A stretch of 64,000 bases of DNA from a virus (Duplodnaviria > Heunggongvirae > Uroviricota > Caudoviricetes). Shown here piece by piece: positions 10,946-19,540 of the stretch. Made by a program: the position numbers and the translations under genes. Location: IMG/VR virus record IMGVR_UViG_3300035182_001709; one strand, 5' to 3'. Numbering within the stretch: position 1 is the stretch's first letter; every line of letters starts with the position of its first letter. Below the pieces are notes generated by a model. The model saw only the letters and a list, made by a program, of their open reading frames with translations, searched no databases and was not told the origin of the DNA.

Positions 10946-11178
10946 AAGAAAACCCGATCACGCTGAGCTTCGCGTCGGGGTCATTAGTTCGTTCTCGCAT
11001 TCACCTTCCGAGTGTTTAGCCCGGCTCAGGCGGTTACATGCGCACCCCATCACAGCGTACCCGACGTGACAAATTCATTCAGCCTTCGTGAAATGATCAT
11101 CAATGCGGTGGTACACCACCGGTCAGATGTCCTGTTCAACCCGTGCCTATTCGAGCTTACCACGCTGTGAAGCGTCGG

Positions 11179-11251
11179 TGGAGCTGATGGGATTCGAACC
11201 CACGACCTCCTGCGTGCAAGGCAGGCGCTCTCCCAGTTGAGCTACAGCCCC
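11179..11251 (-). tRNA. tRNA-Ala (UGC)
   Basis: GGGGCUGUAGCUCA... G3-U70; loop CUUGCAC. Confidence 0.8.
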
Positions 11252-11389
11252 AAATGTTCTCGGGTGTCTTTGAAGATACTTCACCAATGATTAGATCGAG
11301 GGCCTTTTTATCGATCTACACCCAAGATTCGGCTTTCACCTGCAAAAGGCGCCCTCTGCCCAAACGGTTACTGGCTACGGTGGAGCTGA

Positions 11390-11462
11390 AGGGATTCGAA
11401 CCCTCTACCTCCTCGTTGCGAACGAGGCGCTCTCCCAACTGAGCTACAGCCCCATGAAATAG
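11390..11462 (-). tRNA. tRNA-Ala (CGC)
   Basis: G3-U70; loop UUCGCAA. Confidence 0.75.
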
Positions 11463-11533
11463 GATTTTTACGATGAACTTTGACCTGAGAGGCGTTTGTC
11501 CGGTGGCCGGGTCTGATCATCACTATTCCATCT

Positions 11534-11609
11534 TGGTGGAGCACAAGGGATTCGAACCCATCACCTCTTGCATGCCGTGCAAGCGCTCTTCCAACTGAGC
11601 TAGTGCCCC
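11534..11609 (-). tRNA. tRNA-Ala (GGC), CCA encoded
   Basis: GGGGCAC... loop ACGGCAU (C33). Confidence 0.65.
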
Positions 11610-11802
11610 GCGTGCCAACAGTTACTTTGCCCGCCTCATATATGATTTCAGAGGAACATTTCATTTCACCTATTGACTTGTCCGGATCTGCGTGCATTTT
11701 CTCTGTCTAATCCTGACAGGACTTTGTCGCAGCATCCTCAGTAGTTCGGTCGCTATTGGCTTAGCGGCCTAGCAACAGGATAATCCCCGTGAGGGGGAAG
11801 TT

Positions 11803-12561
11803 TCACTTCTTGCGTCTCTCCGTGATCGTGTTGATCTTACCGCCACCACGAACGTTCGACATGCCAAGATCAATCAGGACCAGCGTCCCATCGTCACGGG
11901 TCATCATATTGCCCGCATGGTAGTCGTGAAAGTCGATGCCGAGTTCCGTCAGCGTGTTGAACATGTCGCGGAGACCGTACTTGGTGACCAGCGCATTCCA
12001 CTTGCTGTTGATGTCCTTGACGAACTCTTGAGCCTCTGGCGAGTTCAGGTTGCCGCCGTACTTCTTCTTGACTTGAGAGACGATAAACTCCTTCGTCAAC
12101 TTCTTGGCATTGTCCCAAGAGCCCTCGGCTCGCTTGATCCAGATTGGTAGACCCGTGGCAACAAGAGCGTTATTGAAGGCCTTGGCCTCGTCCTTCGGAA
12201 GCGGTTGCAACTTTTCCTGCAGGATTCCGAAAAATCCCGTGTCGCCAAAGCGCCACACCGCGTAGAAGTGAACGACGTTCTTGATGTCCTTACCTACCAG
12301 CGCCGAGGCTGCCTCAGCCTCCTTGTCGTCATTGGTCACCTTCAGGACCTTGCCCCCGCCGATGTCCAAGGCGGTTCCACGCGTTCCCGTTCCGAGAACA
12401 GGCAGTGAATCGATCTTGTTGACGTTGAGACCCAACTTGGCCATGCCCTTTGGGAACTTCTTCAACAGTTCCTTGGACTTATCAGCATCGATCGCCTCAC
12501 CTTCGCGGATGAGGATCTCGAGCAGCGTCCTAAGCCTACCTACCGTGATGACGATTGCCAT
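11803..12561 (-). CDS. protein kinase-like protein (Gly-rich loop LGTGTRGTALDIGGGKVLKV, catalytic HDYHAGNMM, DLG) carrying the N-terminal leader motif (MAIVITVGRLRTLLEILIRE)
   Basis: 252-aa ORF; kinase subdomain motifs by eye. Confidence 0.6.
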   Translation of the reverse strand: MAIVITVGRLRTLLEILIREGEAIDADKSKELLKKFPKGMAKLGLNVNKIDSLPVLGTGTRGTALDIGGGKVLKVTNDDKEAEAASALVGKDIKNVVHFYAVWRFGDTGFFGILQEKLQPLPKDEAKAFNNALVATGLPIWIKRAEGSWDNAKKLTKEFIVSQVKKKYGGNLNSPEAQEFVKDINSKWNALVTKYGLRDMFNTLTELGIDFHDYHAGNMMTRDDGTLVLIDLGMSNVRGGGKINTITERRKK

Positions 12562-12664
12562 GCAATAGGTTATTCGTTTTGGTGTGCCTGGAGGGATTTA
12601 AGCCGAACGTCTCTGGATTATGGGCCCCAGCGGGAACCGTCCCTCCTCCGGGTCAATCTAATAC

Positions 12665-12739
12665 TGGTAGCGGGAGACGGAATCGAACCGCCGACCTCTA
12701 GGTTATGAGCCTAGCAAGCTACCGCTGCTCTATCCCGCT
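12665..12739 (-). tRNA. tRNA-Met (CAU) elongator-type (or Ile2)
   Basis: anticodon arm CUAGG-CUCAUAA-CCUAG; A1-U72 paired; CCA encoded. Confidence 0.7.
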
Positions 12740-12753
12740 ATGATCTATCTAGG

Positions 12754-12825
12754 TGGGTCCGGAGGTAATCGAAACCCCACGCGCCAGTTTAAAAGACTGG
12801 TCTCTTCCACTTGAGTTACGGACCC
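12754..12825 (-). tRNA. tRNA-Lys (UUU)
   Basis: loop CUUUUAA. Confidence 0.75.
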
Positions 12826-12842
12826 AATATCACACCTTTCAC

Positions 12843-12912
12843 CTGCTACCCCCGGATTCGAACCGAGGTCTTGCAGGTTCAAAGCCTGCTGTGCTACCAT
12901 CACACTCGCATT
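12843..12912 (-). pseudogene. tRNA-like fragment or pseudo-tRNA (T-arm plus Gln-like anticodon arm, no D-arm or acceptor pairing found)
   Basis: GGTTCGAATCC T-loop and hairpin GCAGG-CUUUGAA-CCUGC, but no complementary 5' acceptor strand. Confidence 0.3.
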
Positions 12913-12928
12913 TGGTTACTTGCTGTGA

Positions 12929-13004
12929 CTGGTGCGCGAGGGTGGAGTTGAACCACCGACCCCCAAGGATAATCCTTGGTGCTCTTCTGCCTGAGCTACT
13001 CGCA
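12929..13004 (-). tRNA. tRNA with canonical 76-nt cloverleaf whose anticodon loop GAUUAUC places UUA at positions 34-36 (suppressor-like or undetermined; A33, U37)
   Basis: perfect arms, CCA encoded; loop lacks U33. Confidence 0.5.
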
Positions 13005-13005
13005 C

Positions 13006-13081
13006 ATGGTGGGGAGGGCAGGACTTGAACCTACGACCCCCGGCTTATTCTGCCGGCGCTCTTTCACTGAGCTACCTCCCC
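13006..13081 (-). tRNA. tRNA with anticodon loop AGAAUAA (AAU at 34-36; Ile-like or undetermined), CCA encoded
   Basis: perfect cloverleaf; G33; 1-nt spacer to next tRNA. Confidence 0.45.
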
Positions 13082-13128
13082 GTGACCGTCACTGTACCCT
13101 GTCCGCTAGAACGTGTACACTGACTTAG

Positions 13129-13203
13129 TGCGTCTGGTGGGATTCGAACCCACGACCTTCTAGGTAAGAACTAGTTGCTCTGGTTCCACTGAGCTACAAG
13201 CGC
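13129..13203 (-). tRNA. tRNA-Lys (CUU)
   Basis: loop UUCUUAC; one acceptor mismatch. Confidence 0.55.
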
Positions 13204-13264
13204 ATGAATGATCGAACCTCACCTTCGACTTCATGTGTCGTGTTGAGTGGTTACTATTCGATCG

Positions 13265-13340
13265 GTCGGTCCGGCGGGATTCGAACCCGCACCTGTCTCC
13301 TTAAGAGGGAGCTATGCAATACCAGTAACACCTCGGACCG
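13265..13340 (-). tRNA. tRNA-Lys (CUU) probable second copy; atypical (A8, 10-nt D-loop)
   Basis: loop CUCUUAA. Confidence 0.45.
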
Positions 13341-13453
13341 AGGTTGCGACGGAAGTTCTGCTGAGAGTTTGGCCGTCGCTCCGTGGGCTCTCATGTCTGC
13401 GCCATCGCAAGGCTACCGCTCCCACGATTACGGAGTCTGCGGTTTGTCTTGCT

Positions 13454-13540
13454 GACGGCTGGCTCACAGGGCAGGATTCGAACCCGCGTTAGGCTTTCAC
13501 CGTTACGGGTTAACAGCCCGCTGCCTGGCCACTAGGCTAC
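13454..13540 (-). tRNA. tRNA with long variable arm (type II-like), anticodon loop CUGUUAA (GUU); CCA encoded
   Basis: 87 nt; canonical T-arm and acceptor. Confidence 0.45.
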
Positions 13541-13564
13541 CTGTGAATGATGATCCCAAAGGAT

Positions 13565-13653
13565 CTGGCTGCGTCGGAAGGAGTCGAACCCTCATCCCCT
13601 CGATTAACAGTCGAGTGCACTGCCTCTCCGGCTTTACGGTTGTGCTACGACGC
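13565..13653 (-). tRNA. tRNA-like, anticodon arm CUCGA-CUGUUAA-UCGAG (GUU) with oversized D region; CCA encoded
   Basis: 89 nt; good acceptor and T arms. Confidence 0.4.
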
Positions 13654-13654
13654 A

Positions 13655-13728
13655 ATGGCTCCGGCACAAGGATTCGAACCTCGATGATCTAGTAAACAGC
13701 TAGACGTCCTCCCGTTGAACGATACCGG
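13655..13728 (-). tRNA. tRNA, anticodon GUU read (Asn?), loop CUGUUUA; CCA encoded
   Basis: canonical cloverleaf; 1-nt spacer from previous tRNA. Confidence 0.55.
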
Positions 13729-13731
13729 AAT

Positions 13732-13806
13732 GTGGCCCCCGAGGACGGATTCGATACCGTCATATCCGACCTAAGGCGGCCGGCGCTCGAGCTTGAGCTA
13801 CTCAGG
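13732..13806 (-). tRNA. tRNA-like with irregular anticodon arm (6-bp stem, 6-nt loop GCCUUA) and 8-nt T-loop; possible pseudo-tRNA
   Basis: acceptor and D arms fine; CCA encoded. Confidence 0.35.
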
Positions 13807-13855
13807 GATTTGGAACGTAGATTGTCAGAGAACAAGGAAAGGCATGCACCTTGCC

Positions 13856-13945
13856 TGGTGTAGCGGGTGGGATTCGAACCCACAATGTTCACCACATTGG
13901 GACCCGGGTTACAGCCGGGCGAGCACACCGTTGCTCAACCGCTAC
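13856..13945 (-). tRNA. tRNA-Tyr (GUA), long variable arm, CCA encoded
   Basis: arm CCCGG-CUGUAAC-CCGGG; variable-arm hairpin CAAUG/CAUUG. Confidence 0.7.
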
Positions 13946-13971
13946 ATACAGTCGATCATCGAGATGATCGG

Positions 13972-14053
13972 TGGAGTGCCTAGGAGTCGAACCTAGTTGT
14001 GCACAGCAAACTGATTTACAGTCAGCCCCCGAGCCCTACGGGACTAGCACTCC
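13972..14053 (-). tRNA. tRNA-Tyr (GUA), second copy
   Basis: loop CUGUAAA; long variable arm. Confidence 0.6.
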
Positions 14054-14272
14054 ATTTGGAGGACCCACTGCTGTCGACCACCGGTTCAGTTTCGATTTTG
14101 GCTTCTTCCTGCCATCATCTCAGCTGCCCCGGAAGCGGACGGGGCAGCGAGGCCCCCATCACACTTGCGTATTGGCATACGCGGTGGCATTATCTTGCCA
14201 CTGCTTCTGCTGATACTGCTTGTTGACGTTCGTTTTCATGACAGTTTCTTCTTCGTACGACCCTTACGGGCT

Positions 14273-14349
14273 TGGTCGACCGGGGGAGAGTCGAACTCCC
14301 GACAACACGTGTATCAGACGTGTGCTCTAACCGACTGAGCTACCGGTCG
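14273..14349 (-). tRNA. tRNA-Ile (GAU), CCA encoded
   Basis: arm CACGU-CUGAUAC-ACGUG. Confidence 0.75.
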
Positions 14350-14375
14350 GTTGCTGTTACTGTAAGGATACTCTA

Positions 14376-14873
14376 TCAGGTTTCAGTTTCTTGTACACAC
14401 TCTTTTTTAGTTTCGAGTACTTTTTGTCTTCCATGACGTTTGCGGTTCTTCCAACCGAAGGTTGGTGTTTGAGAATGACAGTTAGGACACAAGAACCTTA
14501 GGTTGGTTCGTTCTTGATTCCTGTTGTCGCCGTCAATGTGATCAACCTGCAATGTCAATGACCTGCCGTTGTGAACAGGCGGTTGGCCGCAACACTCACA
14601 TCGATAATCACGGCCAATTTCTAGAAGGAGATCTCGTAGATTTCCAGGTTTCTCACGATCCTTCACCAGGATTTCATCGATTGATTTTGATCGCCGGCCT
14701 CGGTTCCAGGCATGGCGTGTTCCGTCCTTGTAACCACGATTTGGATCGCCACCTTCATGAACTTGCCAGATGTGGGCTCGCAGGCCCATTAACTTGAAAG
14801 TACGTGGACAGTGTGGGCAAGGATAAGTTAGAGCACTCGATTGCTTCATCCACTCTAATGATAACAGTTTCAC
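14376..14873 (-). CDS. HNH endonuclease with N-terminal C2H2-like zinc finger
   Basis: 'LQVDHIDGDNRNQERTNLRFLCPNCHSQ'; sits immediately next to the tRNA array. Confidence 0.6.
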   Translation of the reverse strand: MKLLSLEWMKQSSALTYPCPHCPRTFKLMGLRAHIWQVHEGGDPNRGYKDGTRHAWNRGRRSKSIDEILVKDREKPGNLRDLLLEIGRDYRCECCGQPPVHNGRSLTLQVDHIDGDNRNQERTNLRFLCPNCHSQTPTFGWKNRKRHGRQKVLETKKECVQETET

Positions 14874-14894
14874 CCTACTGCTTCAGTTTTTCGC

Positions 14895-15275
14895 CTAAGC
14901 TTGCTTTTTTCTCTTCTGGGGACCCCGCGTGATCGTCAGCACGGAGTTGTCAGCGCGGATGCGACCCTTGTCGTTGCGCTCTTCACCTTGCCACCGGATC
15001 GTGCCTGTCACGGTCACGCCCCAGGGCTCAAGGTGACGGTCGATGATGTGGTTCAACCACTCAATGTAGTTGTAGAACTTCTCGCCGCCATCCCACTCTA
15101 GGTACTTGCGATCGCCCGTGACGATCCATTGGCAGTAGTAGCCAGGAAACGCCGGGTCCTCGGCAATGTTGCCGCCATGACGGGTTTCTGCCAGCTCGTG
15201 CATGACGGCAGACTCAACCTCGGTCAGTTGACGTGAGAACTTGAGGCGGCCTCTGAACTCGGTGGTGTAACCCAT
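14895..15275 (-). CDS. hypothetical protein (126 aa)
   Basis: ORF. Confidence 0.45.
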   Translation of the reverse strand: MGYTTEFRGRLKFSRQLTEVESAVMHELAETRHGGNIAEDPAFPGYYCQWIVTGDRKYLEWDGGEKFYNYIEWLNHIIDRHLEPWGVTVTGTIRWQGEERNDKGRIRADNSVLTITRGPQKRKKQA

Positions 15276-15457
15276 GACTGTTACTCTAACACGGTCGTCT
15301 GAAGGTTTACACTGCCTCTTGTGAGGGCTTCAGGCGCTCTCACGACGTCGAAATCTCACCGCCATCATATAGACGACCCAGACGATCATCGCCAATGCGT
15401 GAATGAAGTCAATGTATCACGCAATGCCGGGAGGTTGCATCATCACCAGTCGTCCCT

Positions 15458-16963
15458 CTAGTCATAGTTGTTATTCCATTCGACCTTAAAGACCTTGATG
15501 GGTCCGATGCCAACAACCTCTTTTTCATCTGGGAATTCATTGAAGCCGTCGACCTTGTAAAGCCCACCAGGACCCGTCAGGAAACGCTTTGGATTCTGTT
15601 CTGTCTTTGCGTGTAGGATGACGTTGAAGTTTCCATCACCCGAGCTCTTGAAGCCCTGTGCGACACTCTTGCTGGTCGACCACGAGGACGAGCCACCCCG
15701 TGGAGTGAATGTAAACGACTTGGTCACAGAACCGTGATTAGACAGCTTCTTGACCTTCAGTGCCATCTTCAACCAGTCGGCGTTGACCGACATGCCACGA
15801 TAGATGCTGCCGTTGGGCTCGTGAAAGACATCCTCGTACCATCCTTTATCGAGGAAGGTCTTCAGCAACTTGGCGTCTGCAGCGTTAAGTGGCTCGTTCT
15901 CGTTAAAGTGAGCGCTGATGTCGTTGTATAGCTCTTCTTCGCGTTCAGTGTCAGCCTCGAACGGTTTATTCTTACGGTGTCCCGGAAAGGCAAGCCGACC
16001 CAGGGGTGCCTTGGGCGGCGCCTCGGCAGCCTTCTCGACCTGTTCTTTTTCCTTGGCGATGATCTTCGGAACCTTCGCCAGGTCTGGCGGCAATGCGCGA
16101 AGGTTCGTCAGGAACCCGTCAAGCTGGTTCATCATGTTCTTTTTGCTAAATTCGTGGTTTGCCTTCTTGACCTGCGAAAACTTGAAGTCAAACAGCTTAA
16201 CGATCTTGGCGACCGCGACCTTGGAGCTAAACTTTCCGTGAAAGTCATCCATGACTTGAGCATCACGTAGGACGCTCAATGATCCTAGCCGAGAGAACAA
16301 ATTCTCTGCACGCGCCTTAGCGTTTTCACCTGAGCCATCGCGGGGCATGATGACATCGCGCAATTCTTGACTTCCGGCTAGCATCTCAGCGACCGTGGTT
16401 GCGAGTTCAACCACTTCGGCCTTCAACTTGGGATCGCCGGTAACAAACGCCTTCTCAAGCGTGGCATGTTGGACCAACGCTTTTTTCGCCAAGACTTCAA
16501 ACTTGGCGAGCGAAGCAGACATGACCTCGGCGGTGGGTGCCGCGAGCGCTGCGACCGCAGTAGACAAGGCCTTGATGGCCTTCGCGGCCTTCTGCAGGCC
16601 CATCGCATCGACTACGACGTTGGTCGCTATCCTTTCCGTTCCGTGCTCGCCATAGATGACGCTATAAATGAACTCATTGACCTCAGCTTGAGGATCGGGA
16701 TAGCTCGTCACAGCAGGAATGTGTGCATTGACGATTTTGCGAGCCTTCTCGTAAAACTTCTGAATGCCGTCGTACCACTTCTTGTTGAAGTCTGTCAGAG
16801 TACTTGTATTGCTGATCGAGTTGAACAACTTCTTGTATTTCTTCTCAAGTTCAGCGATCGGCTTGATCGCCTGAATCAAGGGGTCAAGCAGGCTCGGCAT
16901 TTGAGCCCTCTTTGTTAGAGGCGACTTCTTGATCGAAGGAACAGACTTGAAGGGCGGCGGCAC
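15458..16963 (-). CDS. ADP-ribosyltransferase-domain protein (R-S-E class; Alt/Mod-like), 501 aa
   Basis: C-terminal motifs YRGMSV (Arg), SWSTS (STS), PDEKEV (ExE). Paralog of 53340..55685 (shared LYND..AHF...SFTFTP...GPG.LY.V.GF.E). Stop is TAG. Confidence 0.65.
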   Translation of the reverse strand: MPPPFKSVPSIKKSPLTKRAQMPSLLDPLIQAIKPIAELEKKYKKLFNSISNTSTLTDFNKKWYDGIQKFYEKARKIVNAHIPAVTSYPDPQAEVNEFIYSVIYGEHGTERIATNVVVDAMGLQKAAKAIKALSTAVAALAAPTAEVMSASLAKFEVLAKKALVQHATLEKAFVTGDPKLKAEVVELATTVAEMLAGSQELRDVIMPRDGSGENAKARAENLFSRLGSLSVLRDAQVMDDFHGKFSSKVAVAKIVKLFDFKFSQVKKANHEFSKKNMMNQLDGFLTNLRALPPDLAKVPKIIAKEKEQVEKAAEAPPKAPLGRLAFPGHRKNKPFEADTEREEELYNDISAHFNENEPLNAADAKLLKTFLDKGWYEDVFHEPNGSIYRGMSVNADWLKMALKVKKLSNHGSVTKSFTFTPRGGSSSWSTSKSVAQGFKSSGDGNFNVILHAKTEQNPKRFLTGPGGLYKVDGFNEFPDEKEVVGIGPIKVFKVEWNNNYD

Positions 16964-16981
16964 AGGACTAAATATTCAGAG

Positions 16982-17133
16982 CGCTCGTCACTTCTTTTTG
17001 GGAGTTACCCCGTTCAGCACCTCGTCGGCTGCCACAATAACCGTGACGATGGCTGCACCCAACTTGAACCACGCCAAGACGCGGGGCGTGCGAAGCGAGG
17101 CGACAATACGAACGACCTTCTTCAGTGCATCCT
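16982..17133 (-). CDS. small single-TM protein (about 50 aa, not in ORF track)
   Basis: manual translation MDYKDALKKVVRIVASLRTPRVLAWFKLGAAIVTVIVAADEVLNGVTPKKK. Confidence 0.3.
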
Positions 17134-17158
17134 TGTAGTCCATTTCAGATGTATCTCC

Positions 17159-17557
17159 TCAGGCTGGCTCGCGCCACCGTGAATGACGTTTTTCTAGCAG
17201 CGCGGCAATGACCTCTTGAGCGCGCTCGTCCAAGTTCTTGGCATCGTGGTGGATGCCCTTCGTGTTGTTGCAACGCTCGCACGCCAGCGCCAAATTGTGC
17301 AAGTCGGTTCCACTGCCGCCCGCTGTCAGCGGCATAATGTGCTCAATGGTGGCCTCAGTGCGTCCTGACATCGTCACGGTCAACATGGTGCCGCAGTGGA
17401 TGCACTTTCCCACGTGAATCGACGGGTCAGTGTAGCCCACATAGAAGCTGTTGTCGGTCCGGACGATGTCGAGCACCAATTGTTCCCTTGAAGAACCTTT
17501 CGGCCTCGGGTCAGTGGCTTCTGCCTTCGACTTTTTGCCTTTTTTCTTGAGGCCCAT
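17159..17557 (-). CDS. HNH endonuclease
   Basis: 'TIEHIMPLTAGGSGTDLHNLALACERCNNTKG'. Confidence 0.6.
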   Translation of the reverse strand: MGLKKKGKKSKAEATDPRPKGSSREQLVLDIVRTDNSFYVGYTDPSIHVGKCIHCGTMLTVTMSGRTEATIEHIMPLTAGGSGTDLHNLALACERCNNTKGIHHDAKNLDERAQEVIAALLEKRHSRWREPA

Positions 17558-17595
17558 GGTGTCAACAATACCATGGTCGGAATGTGGCGTTCAAC

Positions 17596-17964
17596 CTACT
17601 TAGGCGGTGCTTGCCCCTCGGGCGTTTCTGCTTCGCCTTCAGTACCTTCTTTGCCCGTGAGTTCATCGGCAGGCATCCCGTCAGGCGCGTCCTCGCCCGG
17701 CGTGTTGACCGCGTTATCGGACGGGGGCTTCTGGCCGATGTAGACGGCCGCATCATCGGGTCGAAATGGGTCGCCGTCGCCGCCCATGGGTCGACCAGGC
17801 GACTTGTACCAAAATCCGTGGATGTCAGCGCCACGCTCAATTTCGTATGGATAGAACCCGTCGGGTTTGGTCGGATCGGTGCCCGAGGCACCGGTGGGTC
17901 CGCCGAACTCGCGAAGCAGGACGCCACGGATGATGCGACGGAGTTCGCCAAGCCTGATCCTCAT
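17596..17964 (-). CDS. acidic Gly/Pro-rich protein with N-terminal leader MRIRLGELRRIIRGVLLRE
   Basis: ORF; member of leader family. Confidence 0.55.
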   Translation of the reverse strand: MRIRLGELRRIIRGVLLREFGGPTGASGTDPTKPDGFYPYEIERGADIHGFWYKSPGRPMGGDGDPFRPDDAAVYIGQKPPSDNAVNTPGEDAPDGMPADELTGKEGTEGEAETPEGQAPPK

Positions 17965-18389
17965 CGCCGTGCCCCTTCACGGCGAGCGGCAGAGCGATGC
18001 TTGAAGGCCGACTGCTCGGCCTCGATGGCCCGTTCGTCGCAGTCATTGGCTGACTTGTTGTCGCCCAACTTAGCGAACAACGTGGAGGCCTTGTTGAAGT
18101 ATCCGTAGGCACGCATGAAGGTGTTGTCCGCGTGGAGGTAATCGGACCGCGAGGCATAACCCTGGGCAACTGACATGGCCTTAAGGCCACGCTCACGGTA
18201 GAACTCGGCCTCGTGTCGACCGGGATCGAGCTGACCCGATTCTTCCTCATCGACCTCACCGAGGCGCTCGAGGTCCTCTTCATCCGCGGGTTCACCGCTG
18301 TTGGCGGCCCACTTGCCGGGCGGAACGGCCTCCTGGTTGAGCGCCTCACGAATGATCTGGCGAATGCCGGAAAACGTCGATGCCATGCA
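17961..18389 (-). CDS. TPR-like repeat protein with leader MASTFSGIRQIIREAL
   Basis: ORF 17961..18524, start moved to internal Met; ATGA overlap with downstream paralog. Confidence 0.5.
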   Translation of the reverse strand, partial: CMASTFSGIRQIIREALNQEAVPPGKWAANSGEPADEEDLERLGEVDEEESGQLDPGRHEAEFYRERGLKAMSVAQGYASRSDYLHADNTFMRAYGYFNKASTLFAKLGDNKSANDCDERAIEAEQSAFKHRSAARREGARR

Positions 18390-18597
18390 AGTAACTATCG
18401 AGTCAGTTCTGCCCAACGTGCCTCGAGAAACCGAGAGTACACTAACAACGCTAGACCATAGCACCCGACGTGGGATATCGTTGGCCTCGACCAGCAACGT
18501 CTCACCCGATTCTGTGACGCCCATGTCTAGGACGTAAGTGGCCGCGTACGTGTTGGTATCATCCGGGAAGTTTCTTGTCGAGCATGTCTCATCGTAT

Positions 18598-19038
18598 CTA
18601 ACGCGAGGCCAGCATTACACCGATGAGGACCAGGCCGATGCCAATCACTGACTTCAATGATGGTTGCTCGCCCAGGAACAACGCCGACAACATCAAGGTG
18701 ATAATGGGTGACGCCGAGCCCAATGCGCTGACGAGCCCCACGTCGTTGCGAATCTGCAGGGCATACATGAAGGCGATGGAGCCCACGATGTTCAAGCAGA
18801 CCGCCGCGATCGACCACAACATCCCGCGAGCGTCCCAGTCATTGTGTTGGACGAGATTCTGTTGGAGCAGGGCTAGATACAACGGGATCAATGCTGCGTG
18901 GATGATTCCCGAGATGGCCTCGAATTGCAGAGGGCGCAGACGATTCAGCGCAACCTTGCGCATCAACGTGACGATGCCGAAGACGACCGTGGAAAAGCCG
19001 ATCAACAGCGCCCGCTCTCGGGAGATTGGATCGCTCAC
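18598..19038 (-). CDS. EamA/DMT-like small membrane protein (4 TM helices)
   Basis: hydrophobic ORF. Confidence 0.5.
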   Translation of the reverse strand: MSDPISRERALLIGFSTVVFGIVTLMRKVALNRLRPLQFEAISGIIHAALIPLYLALLQQNLVQHNDWDARGMLWSIAAVCLNIVGSIAFMYALQIRNDVGLVSALGSASPIITLMLSALFLGEQPSLKSVIGIGLVLIGVMLASR

Positions 19039-19057
19039 TTAATGAAGTATCCCGACG

Positions 19058-19492
19058 TCAGCCTGGAACTCGAACATCGATGTTGATCCACCACGGGGGC
19101 ATCGGCGGTTGCACGCTGAACTTCACGTGGATCTCACCTGATTCTGCAGGATGCGATTCAAAGATGACGCCGTTACCTCGACCGTCGTTGGAGACGATCA
19201 ATGCCTTGATGTTTCCCAATTTGTCCAAGACTGGGTCGCCGGGCGCAGCGCCCAGCTCTAGGTCGTTGACCTCGCGTAGGGCCGGCACGCGACCCGCCCT
19301 GACAGATTCGATCTTGAATTTGTTGATGGTGCCACCGGTGACGAGGTTGTGCAGCGTCGAATTTACGGCGCTCTGGATGGCGCCCACGTTGAACGCCTTG
19401 TCAGGACCGAGGATATAGTTGTTGCACGTCCTCTTGACGAGGTCAGCGACCAACTTTCGAACGCGAGCAGTCTCGAGTTCAACTGACGCCAT
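19058..19492 (-). CDS. hypothetical protein
   Basis: ORF 19058..19534, start at MASVELET. Confidence 0.45.
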   Translation of the reverse strand: MASVELETARVRKLVADLVKRTCNNYILGPDKAFNVGAIQSAVNSTLHNLVTGGTINKFKIESVRAGRVPALREVNDLELGAAPGDPVLDKLGNIKALIVSNDGRGNGVIFESHPAESGEIHVKFSVQPPMPPWWINIDVRVPG

Positions 19493-19540
19493 CACAGTTC
19501 CTCTCTTTCCTCTCCACTCCGTCCATGAGAGCATCGTACA

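Noticed and set aside
12843-12912. Functional tRNA-Gln at 12843..12912.
   Set aside because: It has a T-arm and a Gln-like anticodon hairpin but no D-arm and no complementary 5' acceptor strand. It is treated as a fragment or pseudo-tRNA.
15458-15460. Genome-wide TAG (amber) reassignment suggested by in-frame TAGs at 32909..33094 and 52823.
   Set aside because: TAG terminates the well-supported 501-aa ART gene, and the long genes (MVP, GroEL, ligase) have no internal TAG. The anomalies are local.
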